A DNA stretch of 64,000 nt from Haliotis cracherodii (Eukaryota), in the NCBI RefSeq assembly GCF_022045235.1, contig NW_027266330.1, positions 40,486,001-40,550,000 on the forward strand, read 5' to 3'. The notes under the pieces were generated by a model. The model searched no databases. It worked only from the letters and a program-made list of their open reading frames with translations, and was not told the origin of the DNA. Below, in pieces: positions 1 through 12,495 of the stretch (its first letter is position 1; every line of letters begins with the position of its first letter). Made by a program: the position numbers and the translations under genes.

Positions 1-187
1 AGGGTGTTCCGGGCTCTGAATCTGGCTTGTCTGGTGGCAATACTCCATAGGGTGTTCCAGGCTCTAAATCTGGCTTGTCTGGTGGCAATACTGCATAGGG
101 TGTTCCAGGCTCTAAATCTGGCTTGTCTGGTGGCAATACTGCATGAGGTGTTTCAGGCTCTGAATCTGGCTTGTCTGGTGGCAATAC
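1..187. repeat. 48-bp minisatellite, ~4 copies, probably continuing off the left edge
   Basis: Unit agggtgttccaggctctaaatctggcttgtctggtggcaatactgcat starts at 1, 49, 97 and ~145. Confidence 0.9.
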
Positions 188-1408
188 GGCATTGGATGTT
201 GCTCTAGGTCAGTTCACCCGTAATGCTACCATCACACCAAAGTAGTTCTATCCCGTCCTACCCTACAAATACTAGAACGGGCTGGGATCACGGAAGAACG
301 CGTAGTTTGGTGAAGATACGATGCTAGTTTGTTCATAAGCAGTCCTCAATACGTCTATCTCGTTCTTATCTCGTTCTTGGCCAGTCTGCAGTCCGTTTGT
401 ATCCAGTTTCGAAGCAGTCCGAGCACGTCCGTAGCCCTTCTCAACCCGTTCTTAACCAGTTCAACCTCGTTCTACCTCGTTCACAATACGCCCAAGCCAG
501 TTCTAACTAATTCTTAACCCGACCAACTCGTTCGCAGTACGTCCTCATGTCGTCCAAAGTGCATGTATATTCGCGTCCTGGCCCGTCCTGGCCCGACTCC
601 TATGGATACCGAGCTCGTTGTAGCCAGTCTTCATACAAATTCAGGGCTCCGAGCTGTACACATCATGCCTCCAAACAGAAGTCGACCCGGAAATGTATGT
701 CCGACTGCACCACGTCGAAATACGTCCCTAGTAGGTTCGAAGTTTTCCTCACCATTTTTTCCTGTAAACTCAACATTCGCAAGTCATTAACATTGACCTC
801 GATAAGGTAGTAGTCTTGGCAAATATAGACGTACTGGCAATCTATGAGTGGAGAAACTTTTCTCAGGCACTTTCAATAACTGACATGGGATTCTATTCAG
901 GCCCGAAGTTGAGAGATGTAAAATTATCTGTCGGTGCCAAAGCTGACTTCTCACCTAAGTAGGTATGGCTTCTGGTCAGAAAAAACACAATGTTCATCTG
1001 TGTGTCATCGTCTGGTTCGGAAAAAAGAGTTTGGTTAACAATATACAAAGATAATTGTTTGAAATTCCCCGAGATGAAGCTTGTTTGTCTAACTTCTCTT
1101 CTTGTAAGTTGGTTGAAGAGTTGGGCTCCTTTGGCTCCAGTGACAGTACCACTTGATATTTAAATAACACATAACTCGAACCGCCGCATGATACATGATG
1201 CCAACATGTTTTGTAAGCGCATAAATGTTTTGGACATCATCTCACGTTTTCTCAAAACAGACACATTAAAATATATATATTCCTTACAGCAGAATAACAT
1301 TTCTTTTATATTTTTATAAACGTACTTCCACTACTCATACAGATGGCGTCAACGTGGTTTGGACGCTTCTAAACGTCTGCTCACACTGGGGGATCACTTA
1401 AAATCACG

Positions 1409-1566
1409 GCGCGGTCGGGTAGCCTCGTGGTTAAAGCGTTCGCTCGTCACGTCGTAGACCCGGGTTCGATCCCCGACATGGGTACAGTGTGTGAAGCCCA
1501 TTTCTAGTGTCCCCTGCGTGATATTGCTGGAAAATTGCTAAAAGCGGTGTAAAACCATATTCCCTT
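1409..1566 (+). mobile_element. tRNA-derived SINE
   Basis: A-box-like TAGCCTCGTGG and B-box GGTTCGATCCC, followed by the tail GCTGGAAAATTGCTAAAAGCGGTGTAAAAC. 13-bp TSD ACTTAAAATCACG at 1396-1408 and 1567-1579. Confidence 0.9.
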
Positions 1567-3169
1567 ACTTAAAATCACGCCATCTGTCGGCAGATAAAGG
1601 GTAGTAACGCTTTCTTGCTTTGCCACGAAAGCGCTTTGTCCAACCAGACTGTGAAATTATTTGGATGGGTGTTTAAAATGTTTTTCATACCATTCCTGTG
1701 TGCCGTGATAACAAATAAACGCTATTTGAATACTTTTTACAAGTTGTAGTTGAGCTGGACAACCTCAACATCATTTCACGATAAAACTATTATCATGGGA
1801 ATTGTAAACTCTTCTTGTACAATACAGAGAACAATAAGATGGAAAAAGCTGTTGTTTGACGATATTTTTACACTTGAGTGTTCAACAGACACAGTGTGAA
1901 CAGGTAACTTCTACGTCCGCTTCAGTCACCGGCCACAGTTTCAGCACACTCGCTGGACGGGAGGATGTCGCGTTATGTGTCTAGTGGCCAGCAGCCGCAA
2001 CAATGTCTTCTTTGTTTTGTACAAAATGATTCCAGTTTCGTCAAATTTGTTTTTTGAAAGGATGGATGAAACCTTATAACCCATATCCCAGACACTAGCC
2101 TTAATATTTTCTTCGATAAAGTAATAATTGATCTAAAGTTTAATATACTGGTAAAGTGGTTCAATAGTCATAGTAAATTCATCCATACGTTTTTCGTGTT
2201 CCATAAACGTGAAAATGAAAGGAAATATTTGCATTTTAATCCTATTTTTCACACCGAGTCCCCAAAACAGTGCAAAAGAAGAAAAGCTAATCTATAAATG
2301 TTGGGTGTGCATTCCTCAGGGGTGATATTTTCCCGAAACTATTTTAAATGAACCCACGTAAAATCCAAGGAACATTTTGAAATGGTTCAGGGAAGCAACA
2401 CTACACCAGAATGAATCAAATACAATGTCATATCGAACTTGTCTTAGCTTTCACCAGGGATGTTAATATTTACCCCTCGTGCAAGGTAAATTATTCAATA
2501 AGTCACAACCTAAATCATCTATCATTGCACCTTCATCGTATGAACATAACGCTCCAAATATACATGACATACATCCGTCAGTCACAATCATTATCTACAT
2601 ACAGGTTTGTTAAAGTCACAGTATACTAAACAACACATAGCCCCGACATGACCTGTCTTGGAATGGAAGGATGTGGTAGAACAATAAGATTAAACTCTAC
2701 ATATAAAATTGTCATTTTGAAACTTCAAATGTGTATTCTGCAAATACAGAAAATTACTTTTCTATCTTTTTAACATTCATTTCGAAGGCTGTATACTTCT
2801 ACCATGTCCCGTGTGGCCAAGTGGTTGAGTTACTGGTTCAATATGTACCTGCTCGTGCGAACCTTATGTTGTGTGTTCAAGCTTATAGACCTCCAAATTT
2901 GTTTTCACTTAAATAATACAGATAGACACTCACTCACTCACTCACCCACTCACCCGATAACAGCTCACAGGGGATACCAGTGTGGAGGTTCAGTGTGAGA
3001 ACTGCATCTCAAAGTTGGGCGGAGTACAGAGGTTACTATTTTAATTACAAAGATTACGCAAAAGTGTGAAAAACTGCATGTGTTATGTTGAATAGAATAT
3101 TATGCATTAGATATCGATAATGCCACAACCAACTTATAAAGTATTCCTTTTCTTGTAGGTCCAAACTCA

Positions 3170-3861
3170 AACATGATCCCCGGTATTACTAACATATCAC
3201 ATGGCCCCCGGTATTGCTTACATATCACATGACCCCCGGTATTGCTAACATATCACATGATCCCCGGTATTGCTAACATATCACATGACCCCAGATATTA
3301 CTAACATACCACATGGCCCCGGTATTGTTAACACATCATATGACCCCCGGTAAAACTAACACATCACATGATCCCCAGTATTACTAACATATCACATGAC
3401 CCCTGGTATTGCTAACATATCACATGACCCCCGGTATTGCTAACATATCACATGACCCCCGGTATTGCTAACATATCACATGACCCCCAGTATTTGCTAA
3501 CATATCACATGACCCCCGGTATTGCTAACATATCACATGACCCCCGGTATTGCTAACATATCACATGACCCCCGGTATTGCTAACATATCACATGACCCC
3601 CGGTATTGCTAACATATCATATGACCCACGGTATCGCTAACATATCACATGACCCCCGGTATTGCTAACATATCACATGATCCCCGGTATTGCTAACACA
3701 TCACATGACCCCCAGTATTGCTAACACATCACATGACCCCCGGTATTGCTAACACATCACATGATCCCCGGTATTGCTAACACATCACATGACCCCCGGT
3801 ATTGCTAACATATCACATGATCCCCGGTATTGCTAACATATCACATGACCCCCGGTATTGC
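3170..3861. repeat. 28-bp minisatellite, ~25 copies
   Basis: Unit cacatgacccccggtattgctaacatat. Confidence 0.95.
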
Positions 3862-5379
3862 ACTCAACTCATGACGGATAGTATAGTCAGTAAAGCACTG
3901 ATATCTCACGAAGGTGTCTTTTGATGATTATCATAAACAGTTAAAGTAGTAGTATCAAAACTCGCTTTATTCACTGTCCTATATCATATTGAAACATTAA
4001 GTGCGCCATTCAAGTAGATATGACGAGTGCTTTTCCCAAGGACTCTTGCAACCAAACCCTTTACAAAATCTTATTGAAATCACTGCAAATTGGAACAGGA
4101 ATGCAGTTATACCCCGGTTTGTGACATATCAAGGAATATAATGTCCACGATTGTAGGTAGCTAACGCTCGATCACTTGTAGCAGGGCCGGCGTAAGCTCT
4201 CTTCTGTTCATAGTGATGTTTTTCACTGCAATCCGAACACCCACTGTGAGCACATACTACAGCTGATGTAACATGGTAAAAGACGTTGTGTTAAACGATA
4301 CATATATTCAACAGTATTGTTTTTTAAAAGGTGGAACGTACAGTCAATTTAACTTTTTATAAAATAAAAGAATTTGATTTGTGAAGCTCGAACCACTTTG
4401 TGCACCGTAGCATACGGGATTTCACAGACACACTGGTCACTAAGTCACCTATGAAAGTACCTCTAAACCACGAGCACGAATATGGTGCTGACAAAACTCA
4501 CAAAAAAAACTGATATATAATCACGACAAACCGTGGACGCGAACCCACGGTCATAGGTTTCATAAGTGACGCAACTCTCGCCTCTAATTGCGGCCGAAGA
4601 GACGACTGGGCATTCGGGGCTTCACATACATAGCAGATATAATAGAATATTAGGCCCATCCTGATTTCGACATTATCAAAGAGATCTAGTGCCTGAAAGT
4701 TCAACCGATCTCAATATATGCCAATCTTGTTGGAGGTTTACGTGTTTTACTGTTGAAATTTAATTTTCAGAGTTGTGTTAGGGTAAAGGATCCACGAAGC
4801 CAGAATAATACCACAACGACCAAATTTGTTTTTGATCGAATGCGCATCTTTTCACTAAGTCATTGCGTCTGTATGGAAAGACTGATGCCACCTTCACAAA
4901 CCTACTCTGTTCACGTTCATCGGGTGGTTGTTTCAGTAATGATTGAAGCGTCGTAAAATGCCTAACTTAGCTCCTCACATGGGGAGCTTATTAGATTTAT
5001 TCATTTTTTATATCCAATAATACATGTTAAGACTGTAAATCTAATTGTTTTTCTTTCATAAGCATGCTATTTTATGATTGCGATACCGAAAATATGCTTA
5101 ACTTACTTTCCCTCGTGTAAATATCCCAGATACACGTGTAAATGCAACTTCACCATACATACTGCACATATTTTAGGTCTCTAGGTCAGCAGGCTCCCAG
5201 TGAACAGCTTCCTACATTAGCACATACACATGTTCATACGAGGCCCGTATAGATATTTCCATTTTCAAGCAATTAGACCAACGCGCAGGCTGATCAGGAT
5301 GGTTGACAATAAAATTGACAGCCAGTAGTGGTCAAAGGGAGGCGACTCTGTACGTATAAGTAAGGAAAAGAATTTATGG

Positions 5380-5450
5380 ATGAACAACTTCTTTATTACA
5401 AGTAAGAGCGACGTTTCGGTGTAGGTTCTAGCACCGTTATCAAGCAAGTC
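5380..5450 (-). mobile_element. Penelope-like element pLTR/3' portion (distal part, separated from its body by the LINE)
   Basis: Minimal hammerhead motif followed by AATAAA on the minus strand. Joins 7549-7890 once the LINE and one TSD copy are removed. Confidence 0.7.
5405..5448 (-). ncRNA. Minimal type I hammerhead ribozyme, C3U/G8A variant (Penelope-type)
   Basis: Minus strand reads gc-UUGAUAA-c-GGUG(c UAG aac CUA)CACC-GAAA-CGUC-gc. Core boxes, stem II, a palindromic ACGU stem III and a GUC cleavage triplet are present; stem I is only ~2 bp. Confidence 0.65.
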
Positions 5451-5461
5451 ATATACAGGGT

Positions 5462-7537
5462 ACTTACTTACTTACTTAGTTTGGAGATTTAACGTGCGCT
5501 TTCTGACTGATGCGTATTTCGCACACGGGCCCGGCCAGGCCATTTAATGTGTTTCCGAAAGGGGCGAAAGTAGTCTGTGCAACCCAAGAGGGGGGTTTAG
5601 GGGTTGCTTATATAGAATTTTGGAATTTTGAGATTTGGAATAGATGCCGATGGGGTTGGGGAGGAGAACTAAGGGAGCTGGGTATGGTGGATGTTTGTTT
5701 GTTTATTTGATTTTGATTTGGTAGGTTATTGTGTTTTTAGATGCGTTTTATTAGTTCCGTTTTTATTAAGAATACGCCTAAGGCCTTGAAGTTTTCTAGT
5801 TTATTTTGTGGGTTTAGTATTGCTTCTATAGTGAGAGCCTTGTTTAGATTGAGGGTGGTTTGTAATGCGGTTCGATGTGTTAGGTAGTGTGTGCAGTGGA
5901 TGAGTGCGTGTTCTGGGGTTTCTAGTTGTTTGCAGTGTGGGCAGTTACCTGTAGTGTGTTTTTTAATTTTTTTTAGATGGTTATTTAGGTTGGTGTGTCC
6001 TGTTTGGAGTTTAGTGATTACTCTGTCGATTTGTTTTGATGGATGGAGAATTTTGGGTTTGGTTAGTGGTTTGCTGAGCACTTTTTTGATTTGGCTATTT
6101 GAGTTTAGATATAGGTTATGCCATTTTTTGGTGATTTTTTACTTGTTTACACTTTTAATTTCTGATTTTGAGATGGGTAAGTTTAAGCTTATTTCTGGGA
6201 TTTTGAGGGATAGTTTAGCTGCTTTATCGGCGTTTTCATTACCGTATATTCCTACGTGGGCGGGTATCCACAAGAAGGTTATTTGTTTGCCTGCCTTAGT
6301 TAGGTCGTTGGAGCTTTTAAGTATTTGATTTATTAATTTAGGTCGTTTTTTGGTATTTTTGTTTTGGAGGGCTTGCAGTCCACTTAGGGAGTCGGTAAGT
6401 ATTAGGATTTTTTTGTGTTTTTTTGGATTCTTGATTATGGAGGGCTGAGGCCATGCCCATTAGTTCTGCCGTGAATATTGATTGGTTGTTTGGGAGTCGG
6501 AAGGATTGTGTGGTTTTAGTTGGTTGTGTGGTATGGACTCCGAAACCTGTGTGTTTGGAGGTTGGATCTGAGGATCCGTCCGTGTAAATGTGACACCATT
6601 TTGGCCAATTTTCGTGTATGTATGCTAGTGTGGTAGTTTTAGCTATGTTTGGGTCGGTTTGTTTATTTATTTGGCTAGCTAGTGTTGTGTCTATTTTGGG
6701 TATTTTAAGTTTAGGGGTGAAGATATTTGATTGTTTGCAGTTTTGTTTAAGATTTTTAATTTGGTGTTCATTGAGGTAGTTTATTATTCTTTGGAATATT
6801 GGGGTAAGTAAGGGGTGTTTACGAGCTAGAGCTTGGTTTTTGGGGCTGATGTTTTGGTTTATTAAGTTTTAGATGAGAGGATTTGATTGGGACGCGGCCC
6901 AGAAATTTAAGCTTAGCTGTTCCCTGCGTAGACTTAGTGGCATTTCTCCTGTTAAGGCCTGAAGTGAGGTGTAGGAGGTGCCATGTTGGGTGCGTGTAAT
7001 TAGTTTGAGAGCCTCATATTGTATTGAGTCAAGTTTTTTAGATGGAGAGTTGTTTAGGGTCTTGTATATGGCGCAGCCGTAGTCTAGTTTTGATCTAATT
7101 AGTGATATGTAGAGAGAGAGGAGGGTATCTTTGGAGGCTCCCCAGTGTTTAGGTCTTTACTGCATTTAGCTGTTAGGTTTTGGATGTGAGCATCCAAGGT
7201 GAGATGTTCATCGAAAATAAATCCTAAGAATTTGGTTTGTTTTTGAAATTTGATTGTTTGATTGTTTAGCTGGAGGATTGGGGAGGCGGGTTTCATGTTT
7301 CTATGTTTGAATACTATTCCTGTTGTTTTTTCTGAGTTAAGGGAGAAGCCCCATTTGTCAGCCCATTGTTGTATTTTATTAAGAGATTTTTTGAGTAAAT
7401 TTTAGACCATTTTCATGCTTTTAGTGCGGAACCAGATGGCTCCATCATCCGCGAATTTTGATGTGTTTACTTTAGGGGATAGGCCCTCGAATAGATCGTT
7501 TATCATTATATTGAAGAGGGTGGGACTGAGGATATAT
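5462..7537 (-). mobile_element. 5'-truncated non-LTR retrotransposon of the I group (I/Nimb-like): RT C-half, RNase H and CCHC motif, decayed
   Basis: RT motifs LSPTLFNIMINDL, FADDGAIW and KFLGFIFD. RNase H motifs IYTDGS, ILTDSLS and WIPAHVGIYGNENADKAAK. C-terminal CPHC...ETPEHALIHC, stop at 5737. (TAAG)n tail at 5462-5479. TSD ATATACAGGGT at 5451-5461 and 7538-7548. Confidence 0.92.
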
Positions 7538-7548
7538 ATATACAGGGT

Positions 7549-7890
7549 GCAGTTGGTAAGTATATATACAAGTAGGAGGCAATGTTTATACAGTAGAGTA
7601 TAGATATTGTTATACTGGAGTAGAGAAGCCTGTTATGTACACACAAGGGTAGTGATAATCATCGGTGAAGTCAGTGACATAAAACAAAGGATAAAGCCAG
7701 TAATATAAACACCAGGATTATGGCTGATTGGGGTCTTTGGGGTCTTTGATGAGTTGATGGTACACCGGGATATGTAAAGCCTTGGTCACGGTTGATTGAC
7801 GGCTGGAGTCTTTTGATGATGATGGCTTCTTGTAGTTTCCTGATCTTGAAGTCTTTGAGGTTGGTGGTGAGGGCTGTGACTCTCCCTACT
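7549..7890 (-). mobile_element. Penelope-like element 3' end (GIY-YIG endonuclease C-terminus and 3' UTR)
   Basis: Minus strand ~7885-7775 translates VTALTTNLKDFKIRKLQEAIIIKRLQPSINRDQG, matching the PLE GIY-YIG C-terminal R..KEAI.I....P..NRD.G pattern. Confidence 0.8.
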
Positions 7891-7898
7891 TCCCAAAC

Positions 7899-8221
7899 TT
7901 CTAAATGCCTATCAAAGAAATCTGTACGTATAGGTTAAAGCATGGGACGTGATATCTAAAAGTTCTAAATGCCTATCAAAGAAATCTGTACGCATAGGTT
8001 AAAGCATGGGACATGGTATCTGAATGTTCTAAATGCCTATCAAAGAAATGTGTACGTATAGGTTAAAGCATGGGACATGGTATCTGAAAGTTCTAAATGC
8101 CTATCGAAGAAATCTGTACATATAGGTTAAAGCATGGGACATGGTATCTGAAAGTTCTAAATGCCTATCAAAGAAATCTGTACGTATAGGTTAAAGCATG
8201 GGATATGGTATCTGAAAGTTC
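7899..8221. repeat. 64-bp minisatellite, 5 copies
   Basis: Unit ttctaaatgcctatcaaagaaatctgtacgtataggttaaagcatgggacatggtatctgaaag. Confidence 0.95.
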
Positions 8222-8479
8222 AGATGGACATTCCAGGACCATCCGGGTACCCTGGGTCATTGGGTTTATTGGGAAATTGGAATACTTTCCGATGTCCAGT
8301 CACACATGCATATACCGCGCTCGATATGGCGAAAGAAGTTCAGGTTAAATTATTGTTTAGGTAAATTCAAAGTTAGCAACATCCTCACTATAAACTTATA
8401 TTTCAATTCAAATCACACTATGAGAGTACATTCGACCTGGATGAGCAACGTGCCTTCGTGTACCTGGAGGAACAATATC

Positions 8480-8760
8480 ACATTATAATATATATTTGTA
8501 CATAACCTTTGCCCTCTACAGGCAGCTGGTGTCACATACCTTTATAAACTTAAACTGAAATTATTCCATCAATTTTACCTAAGCAGCTTTCAAAAATGTT
8601 TTCTTTTGAAAGTGCACATTCCATCACTGTGAGCAGCTTATTCCAAAGATGGAGATCTGTAAAACAGGAGTAACACGCTAGGGCATGAACAACGGACAAG
8701 GAATGTCATTATGCAATACATATATGGATGATCAAAGGAGTAATGCCACGAACTCGGCTT
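8480..8760 (-). mobile_element. Possible CR1/L2-type LINE 3' fragment, highly decayed
   Basis: Minus strand gives YSCFTDLHLWNKLL...IFESCL, resembling the ORF2 C-terminal F......LWN.LP...FK..L pattern. Confidence 0.3.
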
Positions 8761-8929
8761 CATTTCATTATAACGTATGATAATTTTAGAAAAGACACAA
8801 GGACTTCTTCAGGGACTGTCAGAACCTCAGCAGAACTTCTTGAAGGAAGATCCTTACCTTGTACAGTAGGAATGGAATATGATCCAAGTCGCGACAGGAG
8901 ACAAGGCCACCAAATGAGGTCCCCGCCAA

Positions 8930-10542
8930 CACACCCTTGTCTGTCACCAGCATACCCCTGTCCGTCGCCACCATACCCCTGTCCGTCGCCACCACACCCC
9001 TGTCCGTTGCCACCACACCCCTGTCCGTCGCCACCACACCCCTGTCCGTCGCCACCACATCCCTCTCCGTCACCACCACACCCCTGTCCGTCACCACCAC
9101 ACCCCTGTCCGTCACCACCACATCCCTGTCCGTCACTACCACACCCCTGTCCGTCATTATCACACCCCTGTCCGTCACCACCACACCCCTGTCCGTCACC
9201 ACCACAACCCTGTCCGTCACCACCACATCCCTGTCAGTCACCACCATACCCCTGTCCGTCACCACCATACCCCTGTCCGTCACCACCACACCCCTGTCCC
9301 TCACCACCATACCCCTGTCCGTCACCACCATACCCCTGTCCGTCACCACCACATCCCTGTCCGTCACCACCACATCCCTGTCCGTCACCACCACACCCCT
9401 GTCCGTCACCACCACATCCCTGTCCGCCACCACCACATCCCTGTCAGTCACCACCATCAAAATTGACGGACAGGGGTGTGGTGGTGACGGACAGGGGTAT
9501 GGTGGTGACGGACAGGGGTGTGGTGGTGACGGACAGGGATGTGGTGGTGAGGGACAGGGGTGTGGTGGTGACGGACAGGGGTATGGTGGTGACGGACAGG
9601 GGTGTGGTGGTGACGGACAGGGGTATGGTGGTGAGGGACAGGGGTGTGGTGGTGACGGACAGGGGTGTGGTGGTGAGGGACAGGGGTGTGGTGGTGACGG
9701 ACAGGGGTATGGTGGTGACGGACAGGGGTGTGGTGGTGACGGACAGGGGTATGGTGGTGAGGGACAGGGGTATGGTGGTGACGGACAGGGGTATGGTGGT
9801 GAGGGACAGGGGTGTGGTGGTGACGGACAGGGGTGTGGTGGTGAGGGACAGGGATGTGGTGGTGACGGACAGGGGTATGGTGGTGACGGACAGGGGGGTG
9901 GTGGTGACGGACAGGGATGTGGTGGTGAGGGACAGGGGTATGGTGGTGACGGACAGGGGTATGGTGGTGACGGACAGGGGTGTGGTGGTGACGGACAGGG
10001 ATGTGGTGGTGAGGGACAGGGGGGTGGTGGTGACGGACAGGGGTATGGTGGTGACGGACAGGGGGGTGGTGGTGACGGACAGGGATGTGGTGGTGAGGGA
10101 CAGGGGGGTGGTGGTGACGGACAGGGGTATGGTGGTGACGGACAGGGGTGTGGTGGCGACGGACAGGGGTATGGTGGTGAGGGACAGGGGTATGGTGGTG
10201 ACGGACAGGGATGTGGTGGTGACGGACAGGGATGTGGTGGTGACGGACAGGGATGTGGTGGTGACGGACAGGGATGTGGTGGTGACGGACAGGGATGTGG
10301 TGGTGACGGACAGGGATGTGGTGGTGAGGGACAGGGGTGTGGTGGTGACGGACAGGGGTATGGTGGTGAGGGACAGGGGTATGGTGGTGACGGACAGGGA
10401 TGTGGTGGTGACGGACAGGGGTGTGGTGGTGACGGACAGGGGTATGGTGGTGAGGGACAGGGGTATGGTGGTGACGGACAGGGATGTGGTGGTGACGGAC
10501 AGGGATGTGGTGGCGAAGGACAGGGGTGTGGTGGTGACGGAC
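8930..10542. repeat. 21-bp minisatellite in two inverted arms (palindromic array)
   Basis: Unit cacccctgtccgtcaccacca, ~25 copies to 9457, then its reverse complement ~51 times from 9464. Junction reads catcaa-aa-ttgacgg. Confidence 0.95.
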
Positions 10543-10609
10543 TTGGCACACTTATACATTGAAGCATTCCATACATTTCTGGATATGGATCCACCTCAGC
10601 AGCGCCGCC

Positions 10610-11600
10610 TGGTGGTCGAAAATCCAAGATGGTCTCCAAAATGGTTAAAATCTCTTTAATGTCAATATATATTCAATATATATTTATACTTATTTTGTCA
10701 ACTTTTGTAATTTATGGAACAATTAATTGCAACAATGTTGTATATAATTCCAATCTTATATGCAGCGCCCACTGGTGGCGAGGAAAATCTAAGATGGCCG
10801 CCCAAATGACTTAATCTTAATAAAATGTCTAATGTTTGTCCACAATATCAGTATCATTTGTTCATTGCAATCATTTCAATCACATTTGGCTTTAAAACAA
10901 TTCCAAGTAATGCTTTTTTATTAGCTTTTGGTAAACAAAATCATTCATTTCAAGCGAGATCTGTATTCCGTAAGGCAGATCTGAGAAATATTCCTTATCA
11001 TGTTTTGTAGATTTGCATATTGAAATAGTTGCTTTCAGGATTCTCAGAAACTGTTCCGAAGGAAGTAGATGGAAAACTGCAATCTGTGCTGCTGGAAATG
11101 CCTCAGGCAGATTTGCTGATTTCTTCATCATGTGTACCCACCCTGCTACAACATCAGGCATATGTGCTATATAAGAAAACAGAAGCGAACACAGATGATC
11201 CTTTCAGAAACTGATGTGCACCGAAGTAAGCTGCTCAGCCCGTTTCACTACTGGCCCCTTGTTCTCGAACTAGAACTTTGCATATTGTGTCTATTGTGTG
11301 CAATTCAAAAAGCAGGTTTCCCAAAGTTTGCAGCATCGCTTATTATATTAATGGCTTGCATTTCACAGATGTATCCCTCTTACAGTAGAACCCACGCACC
11401 GCTGTACCACAAATATTGTTCCGGTGGATTAGTGACACACAAGACTAAACAGACATTCTCTGGTGTGGCACAAGGTCAGACACATGAACAATTCAATGGC
11501 CACATGAAAGGAGATGGAGGTGCAGTTGGATTGACTGAAAAAGCCGAGAGTTTTCTTCTAGAGGCCCAGGAATTCAAAGACATTGTCACTATTTCATGCC
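10610..11600 (+). pseudogene. Decayed unclassified DNA-transposon ORF fragment with AAT(C/T)(C/T)AAGATGG subterminal-type motifs
   Basis: Encodes GLVTHKTKQTFSGVAQGQTHEQFNGHMKGDGGAVGLTE, resembling the FS.IA.DQ.HEQNN..VKGDGGAVGLTE segment recurrent in invertebrate transposon-derived proteins. aaaatccaagatgg at ~10619 and aaaatctaagatggccgcc at ~10784. Confidence 0.6.
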
Positions 11601-11649
11601 ACCATTGGTTCATATGCTTGGGATACATGTACGTGTCAAGTATTTCCTG

Positions 11650-12082
11650 AAGTGTACTTGTCGGGTGTTCAGGGGTAAGATCTCTTAAGGTGTACTTGTT
11701 GGGTGTTCAGGGCACATCTGTGATACATGTAGTTGAGGTGTAAGATCTCTTAAGGTGTACTTGTCGGGTGTTCAGGGGTAAGATCTCTTAAGGTGTACTT
11801 GTTGGGTGTTCAGGGCACATCTGTGATACATGTAGTTGAGGTGTAAGATCTCTTAAGGTGTACTTGTCGGGTGTTCAGGGGTAAGATCTCTTAAGGTGTA
11901 CTTGTTGGGTGTTCAGGGCACATCTGTGATACATGTAGTTGAGGTGTAAGATCTCTTAAGGTGTACTTGTCGGGTGTTCAGGGGTAAGATCTCTTAAGGT
12001 GTACTTGTTGGGTGTCCAGGGCACATCTGTGATACATGTAGTTGAGGTGTAAGATCTCTTAAGGTGTACTTGTTGGGTGTTC
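11650..12082. repeat. 103-bp higher-order repeat (65-bp + 38-bp related monomers), ~4 copies
   Basis: taagatctcttaaggtgtacttgt recurs at 11676, 11741, 11779, 11844 and onward, with alternating 65/38 spacing. Confidence 0.9.
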
Positions 12083-12122
12083 GGGGGGTGGGGGTGGGGG
12101 TGGGGTGGGGTGGGGTGGGGTG
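12083..12122 (+). repeat. (GGGGT)n G-tract, potential G-quadruplex
   Basis: ggggggtgggggtgggggtggggtggggtggggtggggtg. Confidence 0.8.
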
Positions 12123-12124
12123 TC

Positions 12125-12495
12125 ATCTAAATGACATGCAATTATTCCATCTGGATCTTAATGACATGTAAATATTCCATCTGTATCTAAATGACATGTA
12201 AATATTCTATCTGTATCTTAATGACATGTAAATATTCCATCTGTATCTTAATGACATGTAAATATTCCATCTGTATCTAAATGACATGCAAATATTCCAT
12301 CTGTATCTAAATGACATGTAAGTATTCTATCTGTATCTAAATGACATGTAAATATTCCATCTGTATCTAAATGACATGCAAATATTCCATCTGTATCTTA
12401 ATGACATGTAAGTATTCCATCTGTATCTTAATGACATGTAAATATTCCATCTGTATCTAAATGACATGTAAATATTCCATCTGTATCTAAATGAC
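12125..12495. repeat. 30-bp minisatellite, ~12 copies
   Basis: Unit atgacatgtaaatattccatctgtatct(a/t)a. Confidence 0.95.

Noticed and set aside
220-800. Possible Harbinger-like non-autonomous element or coding exon
   Set aside because: The tcgt-rich texture is suggestive, but I could not identify a matching TIR, TSD or protein motif.
1409-1485. tRNA gene (also 44470-44543)
   Set aside because: The tRNA-like head continues into a SINE body and tail and is flanked by TSDs. There is no clean cloverleaf or oligo-T terminator.
5891-6328. 145-aa hydrophobic plus-strand ORF
   Set aside because: It is the antisense shadow of the A/C-rich LINE ORF2.
8728-10659. Long Pro/Cys/His-rich, Gly-rich and Thr-rich ORFs (643, 606 and 541 aa) resembling extensin, mucin or shell-matrix proteins
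   Set aside because: They arise from a stop-poor 21-bp unit that is open in several frames on both strands. There is no signal peptide or credible unique domain, and the mirrored peptide halves simply reflect the array inversion.
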